Notes under the pieces: generated by a model | Databases searched by the model: none | What the model saw: only the letters and a program-made list of their open reading frames with translations | What the model was told of the DNA's origin: nothing | Translations under genes and position numbers: made by a program | Assembly (NCBI GenBank): GCA_030704615.1 | Contig: CM060731.1 | Coordinates: 53,506,001-53,570,000, forward strand | Length of the DNA: 64,000 nucleotides | Origin: Takakia lepidozioides | Taxonomy: Eukaryota > Plantae > Bryophyta | Direction: 5' to 3' | Shown: piece by piece, positions 12,430 through 24,928 of the stretch | Numbering within the stretch: the stretch's first letter is position 1 | Layout: each line of letters begins with the position of its first letter

Positions 12430-14840
12430 TCAGTAAAGGGTGATCAAATACCTGCTGCTAAAGTGCAGCAGTGTGCTCATAGAGAGAGGATCTCTCGAAA
12501 CAACTTAGCCCTGTCCAAAAGACTTCCAAAAAAATGTCCTAGCCTACAGCTGAGATTACCGAGGAGCTAATGTACAGCTACGCTTTAACGGAAATTTAGC
12601 CTGGAAGTAGTAGCGGGGTATTTGACGTGTTTCCAGTTCACATGTCTCTCTCAAATTCCGGCAAGGCTGTGGAGTGGAGCTCTGAGGTTTCTCCAGCATT
12701 GAGGGGGGAGAGCGTTCCAAACACAGTGTTCCTGCTCGTCGCTTTGACAAATGATGCCATGGCAAGCCCACGTCGCTCTGAATGTTGCATGGATTGTTGG
12801 CACCTGCCTGGGGGTCTTGTGACAATTTGCAACACATTTTGCCCAAGCTTTTTTCAACTCTGTTAAAAGGTCTTTGTACACCATTGCCAACAAAGCAAAG
12901 GTACCGATTGTCTCCTTGCTAAAGGTCTTTTTACATCTAGCACGCCATAAGTGCCATAACGTAGATGCGCGAAGAGTCTAGAAGACCGGACATGGAAAGG
13001 ATCGGGCCCTGGCTGTTTTGTTGTAATTAAGTAGCAGATCCAGGGGGCCAATGGCCGAGAGGCTCCAATGTCTGTAGAAGACCTTGATGAAACACTAGAT
13101 TTTGGCTGGAGCTATACAGGCAAGAAGGTAGTGCTCATGAGTTTCAATGATACCCGAGGAGCAACATCGACACAGTAAAGCTTCATGGAATTGCAACCAT
13201 TCTCCCACTTTTAGGGCTCTGTTCGCTACTTGCCATAAAAACGCCGAGATCTTGGCAGGCCTAATTTTTAGCCAGATAGAAGACCAGATTGCTGACCAGT
13301 TCTCATTCAAGAATCCAAAGTGACTCCATTTGCTATTCCACTTAGTGGAGAGGGATGGCCCTATAAGCCTTCTTGCGGGTGTAGATAAGAAGGGGTGTTG
13401 CAGTGCGGCCAAAGGCCCATTCCCATTCTTTGGGGTCCAGTTGGAGGTCCGCCAGAGGTCTTCCCAGGATCCACACGAATGTAGAGGCATTAACCTAGGA
13501 CAGGACAGGTACGGTAAGAGGTGGTTGGGGATCAAACTCTTTGAACTTAGATGACCAATTGCATATTCTCACCGGGGTATGATTGAAACGAGGGAAGAGG
13601 GTTTGGGATTGAGAAACCAAGATCAGAACTAGAGTTTCGGGGTTGATATGATAAGCGAACCCTGAGAAGTGGGTTTCTGTGGCAAAAATCACCAATAGGA
13701 TGGTGAGTTTGTTGCTTATGACTCCTAATGTCCAGAAGTTCGTGGAGGGGGTCATTGGTCCCGCCTGCAGAGACAGGGTCCAGGTTTGAGGTATAGAATT
13801 TATGACCGCCTGAAGCCCGGCCTTGGCTCTGATTGACCCCAGTATAGGGCTAATTGTGTCAATGTGCAGGCGACCACAAGTGTTTTAGTTGACTGATGTC
13901 CCAGGCAGACCACTTTTTTGCCATCGATTATTCAGTTGGTGTGGGCACGTTGGTGTTAAAAAATAGGTGCTGGCGGAGGGTTTCCTCGTAAGTTTCTGGC
14001 TCTTTTTTGCGGAGAAATTGTCTCAGTGCAGCCCAAGCTTTCCAGATGACGTTCCATAGGGACGATCCCACCATTTTGTGCTTGAATCCCTGTGTGATCC
14101 AGCGAATGGAGGGGTGCCATTTAGAGGTCTTAACGGGGCTTGCCATCATCAGATTTCCTACCACCAAAAACTTCCACCAGCCTCCTTCTGGGCCTAAGAA
14201 TCTTGGCAGCCATTTCTTGAGGAGTGCTGTGATTTGGATCTCCGGGTCCAGAACCCCCAATCCTCCCAGTTTTTTTGGCTGGCAGATTTGTCTCCAGGAG
14301 ACCTGTGGCCTGAGTTTTTGGCGTGCTTTGCTAGCTCCCCATACAAAATCTTGCAATAAAGCTTTGTATTCACAGATTTGCCTTTTGGAAGGGCGTCAAG
14401 ATGCTGCGTAGAACCATAGGCCAGCTGAGAGAATTTGGTTGGCCACAAGTGCCCGACCTGTGATTGAGAGGAACTTAGAGCCCCAAAAAGTGAGGTTTCT
14501 TTTGATCTTGGATAGAATGGGTGCAAATTGTTGCTCATCGGTGATATCAAGCCCATAGGTGTACCCTAGCAACGTTGTTGTTTGGCTAGGTTGTAGCCAT
14601 GAGAGGCCCAAGCCCTGGCCCCAAGAAGGCACACGTCCCAGAAGGGATTTTGATGTGTCTCCAACGAAGATGGTACAAGTTTTGTTCCAGTTGACCTTGA
14701 AACCAGAGGCTTCACAGAAGGCCTCCAAAGTTGCTGCAGTTCTGTCCAGGTTGGTTTGGCTTGCTTGAAGCATAATGAAAGTATCATCTACATACAGGGC
14801 AGTTGCAGGTTGAGTGGACCAAAAACGGCAGATCCTGCTC
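12430..14840 (-). mobile_element. LINE ORF2 fragment: RT C-terminal half and zf-RVT, frameshifted
   Basis: ALYVDDT...FCEASGFKVNWNKT, LSITGRALVANQILS, VSWRQICQPKKLGGLGV, PAKISAFLWQVANRAL, CRCC...ETHEHYLLAC. Confidence 0.9.
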
Positions 14841-15108
14841 CATGAAAGTCCATGACCAAAAAAAAAGTTGAGGATACTATCCCAAAATATTTTTTTAGTG
14901 ATAGATAATGGTATACTGAAAATATTTAGTAAAGAGATATAATTCATTAAATATTTTAGTATATTATTTAGAAAAATTATGAAAAACTAAAAATTAGAGT
15001 TTACAAAAAAAAATCAATATGACACCTAGCCATTGAAGATTATAGGTTTTTATACTTCTAGAAAAACAATGACACCCAAAATCCAAAATCCTTTTTTTCG
15101 AATCTCTC

Positions 15109-16433
15109 ATGAAGGGTAGATCGAGGTGTCTCGACATCCTGAAACCTTTCGGCGATAAGGAGAAGAAAAAAAGAAAAGTCCCACTTCCGCGAAGACTCTA
15201 CCTGCAGTTGGACAACTGCGTGAAGGAAAACAAAAACAGGTGGATGCTGGCTTTTCTGTCGCTCCTAACTGCGAGAGGAGTGTTTGAGGAGATTCAGATG
15301 GGATTTCTCATGGTTGGCCATACCCATGAGGACATCGACGGATTCTTCAGTTATTTATCGAAGAAGCTGAAACAAAACAACACCTACGTTCTCTCCGATC
15401 TTATGACGTTTTTTATGATCTCTCAAGATCTGCAATTTATTCCTCAAATCATTCAAGAGGTGCTAGATTTCAAGGCGTATGTGGACGGTTGCATTCACGA
15501 TGGAAAAGAGGCTTTAGTTGGGCAAACAAAAATGCATGTATTTCGATTCTATGTAGATGAAGATGGTTGGCCTGTCATGAAGTTTAAGAAGTTTGCTACT
15601 AATTCTGAGTGGCTCCCCAAAAAATGTGCAGTGAGATGTGGAAGTCGAATCCCAATGGATCTCCAAAGTTGCCCGTAACAATACAACCCAGGGCTGTAAA
15701 AAAAACACCAATTTGGGGTGTGGGAGATGACTCATCCAATAAACAGTCTTTTATCAAAACTGGAATTAAAAAATACAGGGAGTTCTGGAAGAAGAGGATG
15801 TTGCTTGACGATCATTATCGTGACATCATGATACAGTATGATCAATACTGGGAAGCAATCTTTGAAGAACTTGATCTTCCCATTCCTGGAAAATTACGAC
15901 ATTCAATCGCGCTTAAAGAGGGTTTTTGGCCCTCAACCAAGTGGGCTCTCAACCACCACAGAGCCGGAATCCATACACCTGCAGAGGATGATCTGTCGGA
16001 AGAAGATGAAGTCATGGAGCCGTATTGTGGCCCCCGGTGTGATAGACCGAAGCAGCCTCTAAATCCGTTCAAGGACATTGAGAACAGATTCTTCATCTTG
16101 GTTCGACCAGTAGATACTGTGACGTTTCCAGTTTGGATGGGGATGGCAATATCGGATGTGGTCCGCGATAGAAGATCCAGGAATTTTAAGAAGGTACACG
16201 TCGAATGGTGGAGACCCAAGAAAGGAGATAGCCCTTCCGATTTGGATAGGTACAGAGATTGTTGGTCCAAAGTTTGGGAGTTCAATCTAGATGATCTCCC
16301 TCAGTGGATTCACATTAACTCTGTCATTTGGACAATGCCCGCCAGAAAAAACATGACACGTAATAGCTCTAAGAAAATTACCGCGGTGGAGGCGGAGAAA
16401 GCACGAGCAAATTTGGATGAGACCAATCAATAG
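15109..16433 (+). pseudogene. Sola-like (DUF7869-type) DDE transposase, C-terminal part; frameshift near 15615-15635; 5' part missing
   Basis: LYLQLDNCVKENKNRWMLAFLSLL...FLMVGHTHEDIDGFFS matches the DNC..NKN / GHT..D pattern of Sola-type transposases. The reading continues in the overlapping ORF 15609-16433. Confidence 0.75.
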
Positions 16434-17169
16434 TCAGACAATGAAGACAATGCAACCTCGGGCGAAGAACAAGGTTGACAATGACATATTGTGGAGGTTC
16501 ACTCCTCGGCATGTTTTCAAGAATAAAACTAATGTTTTACCTCCACTCTCCATTTGTTTTTCTTCACGTGTTCAAATATTAATCTACCTTCTTTGCCAGC
16601 CACCAGCTTTTTTCCGGACCTCATCTCTGTAACATTTCAGGAACCTCGAGTGATCATCCAAAGTTCTTAGTTTTCCTGATGTCACTGCTTCCTTCTCTTT
16701 GTAGTTCCTCTCTCACATTACACCCATTTCTTTTGGTTCTCTGGTTCTCACCAAAGTGTCTTCTCCTCAACAGATTCGCCCATCTCCTTCATTCTCGGTC
16801 CACATGGTCGTATTGTTGGGCTCAATATGATTGGTCTAAAAAATGTCCTGAGTATAAACCGCATGGCAATTTGTGAAAGTTGTTGCTTCAATGGACAAGC
16901 TTTCTCGCGGTTTACTGCTTCTGAATCTTGTGAATCTTCTCCCATTACTCGTCAGTAGCTTTTTGTAAGTCTGGCTCCAAGTACAGAGTTACATTTCCTT
17001 TACTGTCTTTTCGGACTATCTTAAGATTCTTCTCAATTTTCTTCGTCACTAATCAGTCCTGAACCTCGCTTTGCCACCCGTTATTCCATGTCATCTCAGG
17101 TCAATTTATCTTGGGTCTGTTTATCTTAATAGGACCTTCTAAAGACAATACTTCTGGGGCCTTCAGTCC

Positions 17170-17940
17170 TTACATTGTCTTCACCTTAAGCCATATACCC
17201 TAAACCTAATTCGAATGTTTGATGTGCATTCTTCAAGGGTTACAAGGTTGGGCATAATAGAATGGCCCTTGGGATATCTCATTCAAGTCTAATTTCTTAG
17301 GTGACAAGTCACTTGTACACTTTCCAAGATTTCTGTCATTTTTTTACTCACATTCCATAATTGTTTGTCCATTTATAGTTCTCTAAACCCTAAACCCTAA
17401 GCCCTTAAACGTAACTCCATTGTTTGATGCACATTCTTCATAGATTAGATACAATCTGTGGTTGGGAAATTTTATTCCCTAAACCCTAAATCATAGGTGA
17501 CAAGTCATCTGTACCTTTCCCAATATTTGCTTTTCCATTCATACCGAGTACTATGGTTAGTAACCTCGCAAACTCTATGCCCTAAAACCCAATTTCAATG
17601 TTTGATGCTTATTTATTTATTACTTCCAATTTTGGGTACGGTCGAAGTGGTGGGGATAATATTTCATGAATTGTTCTACGTATGGGTAAAGACTCAAACT
17701 CCATAATTGTTTGTCCATTTACAGGTTTCTAAAACCCTAAACCCTAAACCAAACTCCACTGTTTGATTCACATTCCTCATAGAAATTTGGATACAATCTG
17801 TGGTTGGGATATTTCATTAACAAATTTTCATAGGTGCCAAGTCATCTGTACACTTTCCTATATTTTCTTTTCCATTCATACCAAGTACTATGTTTCAATG
17901 TACCCTACCAAACTCTATAACCTAAAACCTAATCCCAGCT
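17170..17940 (+). repeat. Degenerate ~170-340-bp tandem repeats containing short plant telomere motifs (AAACCCT)2
   Basis: ggtg(a/c)caagtca..tgtac recurs at ~17299, ~17496 and ~17833. aaaccctaaaccctaa-like motifs at ~17385, ~17477 and ~17732. Confidence 0.65.
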
Positions 17941-18059
17941 TGGTTCAATGACTTTATAGCTGAATCTACATGACACTCTTCCACAATATTTGGTTGTCAT
18001 ATGAACATCGGAATGATTCCTGGTTTGGGTTCTGTGAATGACAGCCCCGAGGCCCGGTT

Positions 18060-20000
18060 AGCTAGTTTATTGTCTGCCCTGCCTTTCTCAGCCTAGTTTT
18101 TTTGCAAAGAAGTACTTGGACATTTTTTCGCCCTTGGATGACCAGTTTACACCTACTGACAGCTTAAGCTTCTGCTCCTGTAGGTCTTGGAAGAATTGCA
18201 GATTTTGTTTTGCTTCCAGGTAGGTATCGTAAGTTTCTTGATCACAGCGAGGAGATTCCATTCTTCTCTGACAGACTGAGAGGCACTTGATGAGTGCCCT
18301 TACCCTCTTTTTTCTAGTGGCTGCAATCTCTCTACTCATTTGCTGACTGGTTGTCGCGCACCTCACTTCGGTAAGCTCCCCTTCAAGTCATAGTTACTCA
18401 CTTTGATGCGCGCGCCTAACTCCCAACCTGGCCGTTGGGCCAACTCGGAGCTTCGGCTGCTCACCGGGACATAACGGTCCCCCTTTACTCTTCCAAAAGA
18501 CCCTCCACCAATTTGGGCCTAATGGAAATTCCATTTGGTAGATGGCAGTCCGGAATAGCTCCCTACTCCTTGGTCGCTTTCCGGCTCGCTCGCTTACTCA
18601 CTAGTTTTTGGTCACCAACGGGCTTGCACCGTTCTCGGGGTTACTACTCCCTATATATACTTCTGTGACTGTCCGCGGGGGTTTTACAAACAACCATGCC
18701 ATTTTATGGCGAACCACCACGAAGACCCTCGATTCCCAGTGATGAGTCGCGGTGAGTCTTGGCCCACCCACCATGGCCCCATTGGACCGTGATGAGTCCC
18801 AAGATTCCCCACGACTCCCACCACAACGTCTCCGCCCCATGGTGAGTCCTATGCCACCCCTACTAAGTCCCACTAAGCTACCACCACCCCTTGTGGAGTC
18901 ACCCCCACTGCAACCCGGTGTGCGGGGCTCCACCTAGTGAGCGCCTCCGCCTCCTTGAGTGCCTTGGGCACTCAAGGGTGCTTCAGCCCCCGTACCTATT
19001 GCTGCCACCACCCCCACCACAGGGGCAACCCCTCTGCGTCCCGACCCCCTGCCCTCAAGGAAAAGGGTCGCGACACTGGCTGCCCCCACTGCTTCGAGCT
19101 TGACCATGAACTTATCTGATGGGTTTTGGGAGACAGTGCCAGCATGAGACCAAGCTTTCTGCAAGCCTTGTGTGAACTCCGGGATCTGTAGCAGAGATGC
19201 ATTCATTTTGTAAAGACCCTTGCGAGTGTTTGGAATATCCAATGAAGCCTCAATGAGGGCGTGATCAAAGCCGGGGTGGATGGGCTGTTGGGGTAGCCTC
19301 TAGGACGATTGGATACAGTCCAAGGAGGCGTAGATCTGTCCAATCTAGACATCTGGAGATCCACGAGAGCTCTGTTATTTGACCAAGTGAAGACTGGGTC
19401 AAAGGGGGAGATAGGCCCCCGGTTTGCCACTTCTATTTCCACCAAATTGTGGTTGAGGGTGAGGGAGTGTCAGTGTTGTGTCTCTGCCATGTCTGGGTTA
19501 AACTGTCCAAGACCCCGTCTGTCAGTAGGAGACTCAACCATATTGAAGTCCCCTGCCAGCACCCAGAAATCTATGTCCTGTTTCAGTTCCATATTGGTAT
19601 TTATGGATTCCCAGAGTTGTGCCCTCCCAGCTGGTGAGTTTGGAGCATAAATATTAATTAACCCTAGCCCGCCTCCTTTGGCTGGAAGGTCAATGGCACA
19701 GTATTGAACTCTGCCTGGAACCCATGAGCCTTCCAAGACTATATATTGAAAGAGGGATGGGGAAACCAAGATGGCGGTGCCTCCTCTGGAACCTTCGGAA
19801 GTCGGTTTCCAGAGGGAGTTTGCCCGTGGCCAGAGATTATACGAGAGAGAAGCAAATTTCCCTAAATCAAGTTTGTGTTCTTGTAGGAAGAGAATTGCTT
19901 CTTTTCGAAGGTAAGGGGATAAAAAATTCTTAATGCAAGCGTGCTTTGGGGAAGCATTATCCGCCCCAAGGCCCCTGATGTTCCAAGAGGCCATGTCAAT
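18060..20000 (-). mobile_element. LINE ORF2 N-terminal part (APE-type endonuclease and linker), interrupted by a solo LTR at 18352-19075
   Basis: MASWNIRGL, FLQEHKL, GGTAILVSP, INIYAPN, VLAGDFNM, FTWSN...SRLDR. The linker reads through the LTR insertion (KLEAVGAAS|QQMSREIAA...WSSKGEKMSKYFF). Confidence 0.92.
18352..19075 (-). mobile_element. Solo LTR of the Gypsy family present at 21019-29256 (724 bp)
   Basis: Termini TGTCGCG...CGCGACA. 5-bp TSD CTGGT/CTGGC (one mismatch). Reverse-complement match to 21141-21853. Confidence 0.93.
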
Positions 20001-21855
20001 CAATATGGGGTGAAAGGCAAGGCTGAGATGATCAATCTCATTTGATGGCCTCTGACTTAGACAATTGAATTTAACCCGCTTATCAGAAAGGATGAGGCTG
20101 TTTACCCAGATGTAGGGGCTAGGAGGTGAGGGAGGTCTTCTCGAAATTTGAACCATGATGAGGTGGGAGATGTCTGATTGGGAATTTGAGAGGATCTGAT
20201 TTGGGTGCGGGGGTGTGGCAAAAAAAGTAGGATTTGGGGAAAGTTTTTTGAAAAAGGCTGAGTTACGTGTGCTAAGGATGGGAGGGTGATAGAGGTCAGA
20301 GAGGCGAGGGAGGTCTGAGGGGGATGTACCTGCAGGCAGGCTGATAGCCGGGAGGGTTTTCCTGGCGGATTGCCTAGCAGCAGCAGACAGGCAGATACAT
20401 AGAACCCAACATCTCTTCCTATCCTTGGAGTCAGCCTTGAACAGAAAGAATGGCAGGGCTGGGGGCTTACCTTAGAGAGAGGAGAACCCGCCTCGTGGGT
20501 GGCATTTGGCGGAGGGGGCCAGGTGTGGGGAAGCCGTAGGGATGGAGAAAGAGCCAATTGCCGCTTGAATTTCTTGGATGGAAGGGAGCAGATTGGCTAA
20601 CCTCCGACTGTCATCTAAAGATTGGGTCCTAATTTGGCTTACTTGGCCCTGAGACTCCTATCGGGTGGGGCCTCCTCTTCTCTTGCCAGTGGCTGCACCC
20701 CCCACTTGAGGAAGATGATTCAGAGGGATTAATCCCTCTGAGGTGATCTCTTGTTCTCTGCAGTTCGTCTTGGTGGTTAATATCCGTCATGCGTTGGTCC
20801 AACAGCCTGGAGAGGAGGGTAAAGGCATTTGATAGCACATCCTTTGCCCTGATGTGGGCTGGTTGCTTGCCCCATGGTTTCCCCAAACAATCTTCCCTGA
20901 TCCACCATGACTTGCCTGGGGGGGTGTGGTAGCTGTCTGCATCCTCCATCAGAGCCAATACCTGGGTGTTAGGCCTGCAGTTTAAATATGGGTGTTCTTC
21001 CACATACGCCCCCCAGATTGTCGCCTTGAGGGCAGAGGTCGGGACACGAGAGGGGCTGCCCTTTGTGGTGGGGGCAGTGGCAACAATAGGTACGGGGGCT
21101 AAAGCACCCTTGAGTACCCAAGGCACTCAAGGAGGCGGAGTGTCGCAGCCATTTGCCTTGAGGGTAGGGGGTCGGGACACGAGAGGGGCTGCCCATGTGG
21201 TGGGGGCAGTGGCAACAATAGGTACGGGGGCTAAAGCACCCTTGAGTGCAAGGCACTCAAGGAGGCGGAGGCGCTCACTAGGAGTCCCGCACACCGGGTT
21301 GCGGTGGGGGTGGTTCCACGAGGGGTGGTGGTAGCTTAGTGAGTCCTAGTGGGGGTGGCATAGGACTCACCATGGGGCGGAGACCTTGTGGTAGGAGTCG
21401 TGTGGAGTCTTGGGACTCATCATGGTCCAATGGGGTCATGGTGGGTGGGCCAAGACTCACCGCGACTCATCACCGGGAATCGAGGGTTTTCGTGGTGGTT
21501 CGCCATAAAATGACTGGGTTGTTTGTGAAACCCCCGCGGACAATCACAGAAGTATATATAGGGAATACTAAGCTCGAGAACAGTGCAAGCCCGTTGGTGA
21601 CCAAAAACTAGTGAGTAAGCGTACGAGCCGGAAAGCGACCAAGGTGTGGGGAGCTGTTCCGGACTGCCAACAACCAAAGGAAATTTCCACTAGGCCCAAA
21701 TTGAGAGAGGGTCTAATGGAGGAGCAAAGGGGGTTCGTTATGTCCCGGTGAGCAACCAAAGCTCCGAGTTGGCCCGGCGGCCAGTTTGGGAGTTAGGCGC
21801 GCGCATCAAAGTGAGTAACTATGACTTGAAGGGGAGAAGTGAGGTGCGCGACACT

Positions 21856-21867
21856 TGGTATCAGAGC
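21856..21867 (+). promoter_or_regulatory. Primer binding site complementary to the initiator tRNA-Met 3' end
   Basis: TGGTATCAGAGC, 2 nt after the LTR end (CA at 21852-21853). Confidence 0.95.
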
Positions 21868-21908
21868 CTAGAGTTCAGTATGTGATCGTCCTTGAGATCG
21901 GCCTCATC

Positions 21909-24900
21909 ATGGGGTCGGGAAAGACAAAGCGAAAGCGGAACGGCCCGAAAGATGATGATCCTGGTGAGTCCGGTGGGAGCGACGTGTCACCGATTCGGCA
22001 ATTGGAGGAGGCAATTCATGTTCTAAGAGCGAGGCCGCTCAAGAACGGAAGGAATTTTGGGAGTCGGAGCATGAGGACTTTCCGGAGGCTCCGTCAGACC
22101 AATAGATGCCTCCCATGCCAGCAGCCTTTTGGGAAGGGTTGTTGGCGCAGTTTGGCGGGACGTTGAAAGACGTGTTGAAGGCGGTTAATGCCACTTCCAC
22201 TAAAGCAAAGTTTAAGGTGAAGCCTAAGGAACCCGGCACCTTCGAGGGCGTCTGAAATCGGAAGGCACTCAACACCTGGCTCTTGGAGCTATAGCAGTAC
22301 TTCCGGGCGACCAAGTTGAGTGACGAGGATCGGGTGGAAGTGGCTCCCACCTATTTGAGGGGCTATGCTCAACAATGGTGGCAGAAATGCCTTCATGACC
22401 AAGGTCTAAACCCAGAAACCTTGAGTTGGAGTGGGTTCAAGGAACCTATGAAAAGACAGTTTGTGCCCCTCAACATGTCCTGGCTTGCCCGAGACAAGAT
22501 GAGGAATTTGAAGCAAATGGATGACATTCGGGGATATGTTCAAGCTTTCAATGTGTTGTTGCTTGAAGTCGCGGATATGGCAGAACCAGAAATGGTCTTC
22601 AACTATGTGGCGGGATTGGCCCCATGGGCCAGGCGGAAGTTGGAGGAGAAGCAAGACTTGCAAGGTAGGCAACTACTCTTGTGAGTTGTATCAGGAGACT
22701 AGCACCTTGCGTAAAGGGAGTCAGTTAATGTTCGTGAGTGGGATAATTTTCGGAACTAACGTGTCGTTGTTGGTGCACACAGGAGCATTGCACTCCTTCA
22801 TGACACCGGCAATGGCACGGAAGCTGAGGCTCCCGACAAGTGATGTGGGGGCCTCTATTGAAGTGCGTTCTGCCAAAAAAGAACCACAATTGGCGACGAG
22901 GTTGGCGTTCGATGTTCCTCTTTAGCTCGGGAGTTGGGAGGGACGTGAGAGCTTCACCATTTGCGAGATCAATGGAGTGGATCTCATTTTGGGGATGACA
23001 TTTTTGAGCAAATCCAGAGTGGTCATAGATGGCCGCAAGAGAATAGTCACGCTACAGTGTGGGAATGGTGGCGAAGTGTTACGGGTGTCGGAAACGCCCA
23101 ATCGAGTGGGAGGGCGAATAAACCTGCTGTCGGCAAAGGAGTGGGCCATGGATGAGCCACACGAGCCCCAGTTTTTGCTTTACGTAAGATAAGTGGAAGG
23201 AGAAGTCGATAGGGAGCTGAGCCCAAATTGGATCGAGGGGATCTTGGAGAAATACCAGGATGTGATGCCGGAGGACTTACCAAGCGCTTTGCCACCGCGA
23301 AGAGGAGTTACAAGATAGAGGTGATACCAGGATTGGAGCCGCTTGCCAAGGTGCCCTACCGGTTGAGCCACAGAGAGTTGGTCAAGCTGAAGGCCCAGCT
23401 CAAGGATCTAATGTCAAAAGGGTACATCCGGCCGAGTAAGTCACCTTACGGAGCCCCGGTGCTATTCGCAGACAAGAAAGGATGGGACGTTGCGGATGTG
23501 TGTCGATTATAGGGCGCTGAATAAGGTGACTATAAAAAACCGGTACCCTTTGCCAATGATCGACGACCTCTTCGATCGGTTGGCAGGAGCAAAGTATTTC
23601 AGCCGGATCGATTTGCGTTCAGGTTACGATCAAAGCCGAGTGGCGGAAAGAGATGAGGAGAAGACCGCGTGCATGACAAGATATGGTTCATGTGAGTTCT
23701 TGGTGATGCCTTTTGGGCTCACCAACGCACCCGCGACCTTTAGCACGCTAATGAACAACCTTTTCCAGGAGTGGTTGGATGATTTTGTGATCGTGTACAT
23801 CGACGACATCTTGGTGTACTCGAAAACAAAGGAAGAGCACCTGGAGCACCTGGAGCACCTCAAAAGGGTGTTCCAGAAATTGGGGGAAGGGAAGTTGTAT
23901 GCCAACGCTTCAAAGTGCGAATTCGGGGTCACAAAGGTGGAGTTCCTAGGGCATGTGATTACATCAAAATGGATGACAGAAAGGTGAGGGCGATCTTGGA
24001 CTGGGAGCCTCCGACTTCGGTCCCGAGAGTGCGATCCTTCATAAGACTCGCCTCCTATTACCGAAAGTATGTGAATTTTTTTGTCAAGATCGCGGGGCCG
24101 CTGTCAGACCTTCTGTGTAAGTCCAAGGTATGGGTATGGAACATCTTTTATGGCCAAACTTTTGCCGACTTGAAGCAGCGGATGGCAGAAATTCCAGTCC
24201 TGAAAATCCCGGAGTTTCACCGTCCATTTGAGATTCATACAGATGCGTCAGACTTCGCAATTGGGGGTGTGCTCATATAGGATGGACGTCCAGTGGCTTA
24301 CAAAAGTAAGAAACTGAATGAAGTGGAGCGACGGTGGCCTACGCACGAGAAAGAAATGAAGGCAGTGGTGCATTGCCTTGAGCTTTGGCGCCACTATATT
24401 GGCTCCAACCTGGTGAAGGTGTTCACGGATAATATCACGGTGAAGTATTTTGCCATGCAGCCTAAGTTGTCCCCAAAACAACTTAGGTGGCAAGACACTT
24501 TGGCAGTGTTCGACGTGGATATCCAGTACAAACCGGGACGGGACAATGTGGTGGCCAATGTTTTAAGTAGAAAGCAGCAGCTCATGTTGGCGTACAAGGG
24601 CAAAACGACGCTCCAAAGGAAGATCCGGAAGGCTTACCGGAATGATGAGTTGGCAAAGTCCGTGATGCAAGACTTGAGGATGGGAGTTAAATCGCAGTTT
24701 CACTTGCACAATGGACTGCTCCGGTACAAGCAAAAATGCCTCTACGTGCCGAAGGGAAGAATCAGATATAGTCTCTTGAGAGAATGCCACGATGGCCCAC
24801 TTGCGGGCCACGGCGGAGCCAAGCGCACCGCGGCACTCTTGAAGAAAGAGTACTTCTGGCCCAAACTGAGGGAGGAGGCCGAGGAGTATGTCAAGACATG

Positions 24901-24928
24901 CACCACATGCCAACAAAACCGGAGCAAG
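21909..24928 (+). pseudogene. Gypsy gag-pol: gag, aspartic protease, RT, RNase H and integrase HHCC; multiple frameshifts and stops
   Basis: YLRGYAQQWW (gag); LVHTGALHSF (degenerate DTG); CVDYRALNK...YIDDILVY (RT); TDASDFAIGGVL (RH); CHDGPLAGHGG...CTTCQQ (zf-H2C2). Confidence 0.95.

Noticed and set aside
18435-19147. Short ORFs within LTR copies (also at 21-21.8, 32.9-33.5 and 43.7-44.3 kb)
   Set aside because: They are GC-rich LTR sequence read in several frames, with no protein motifs.
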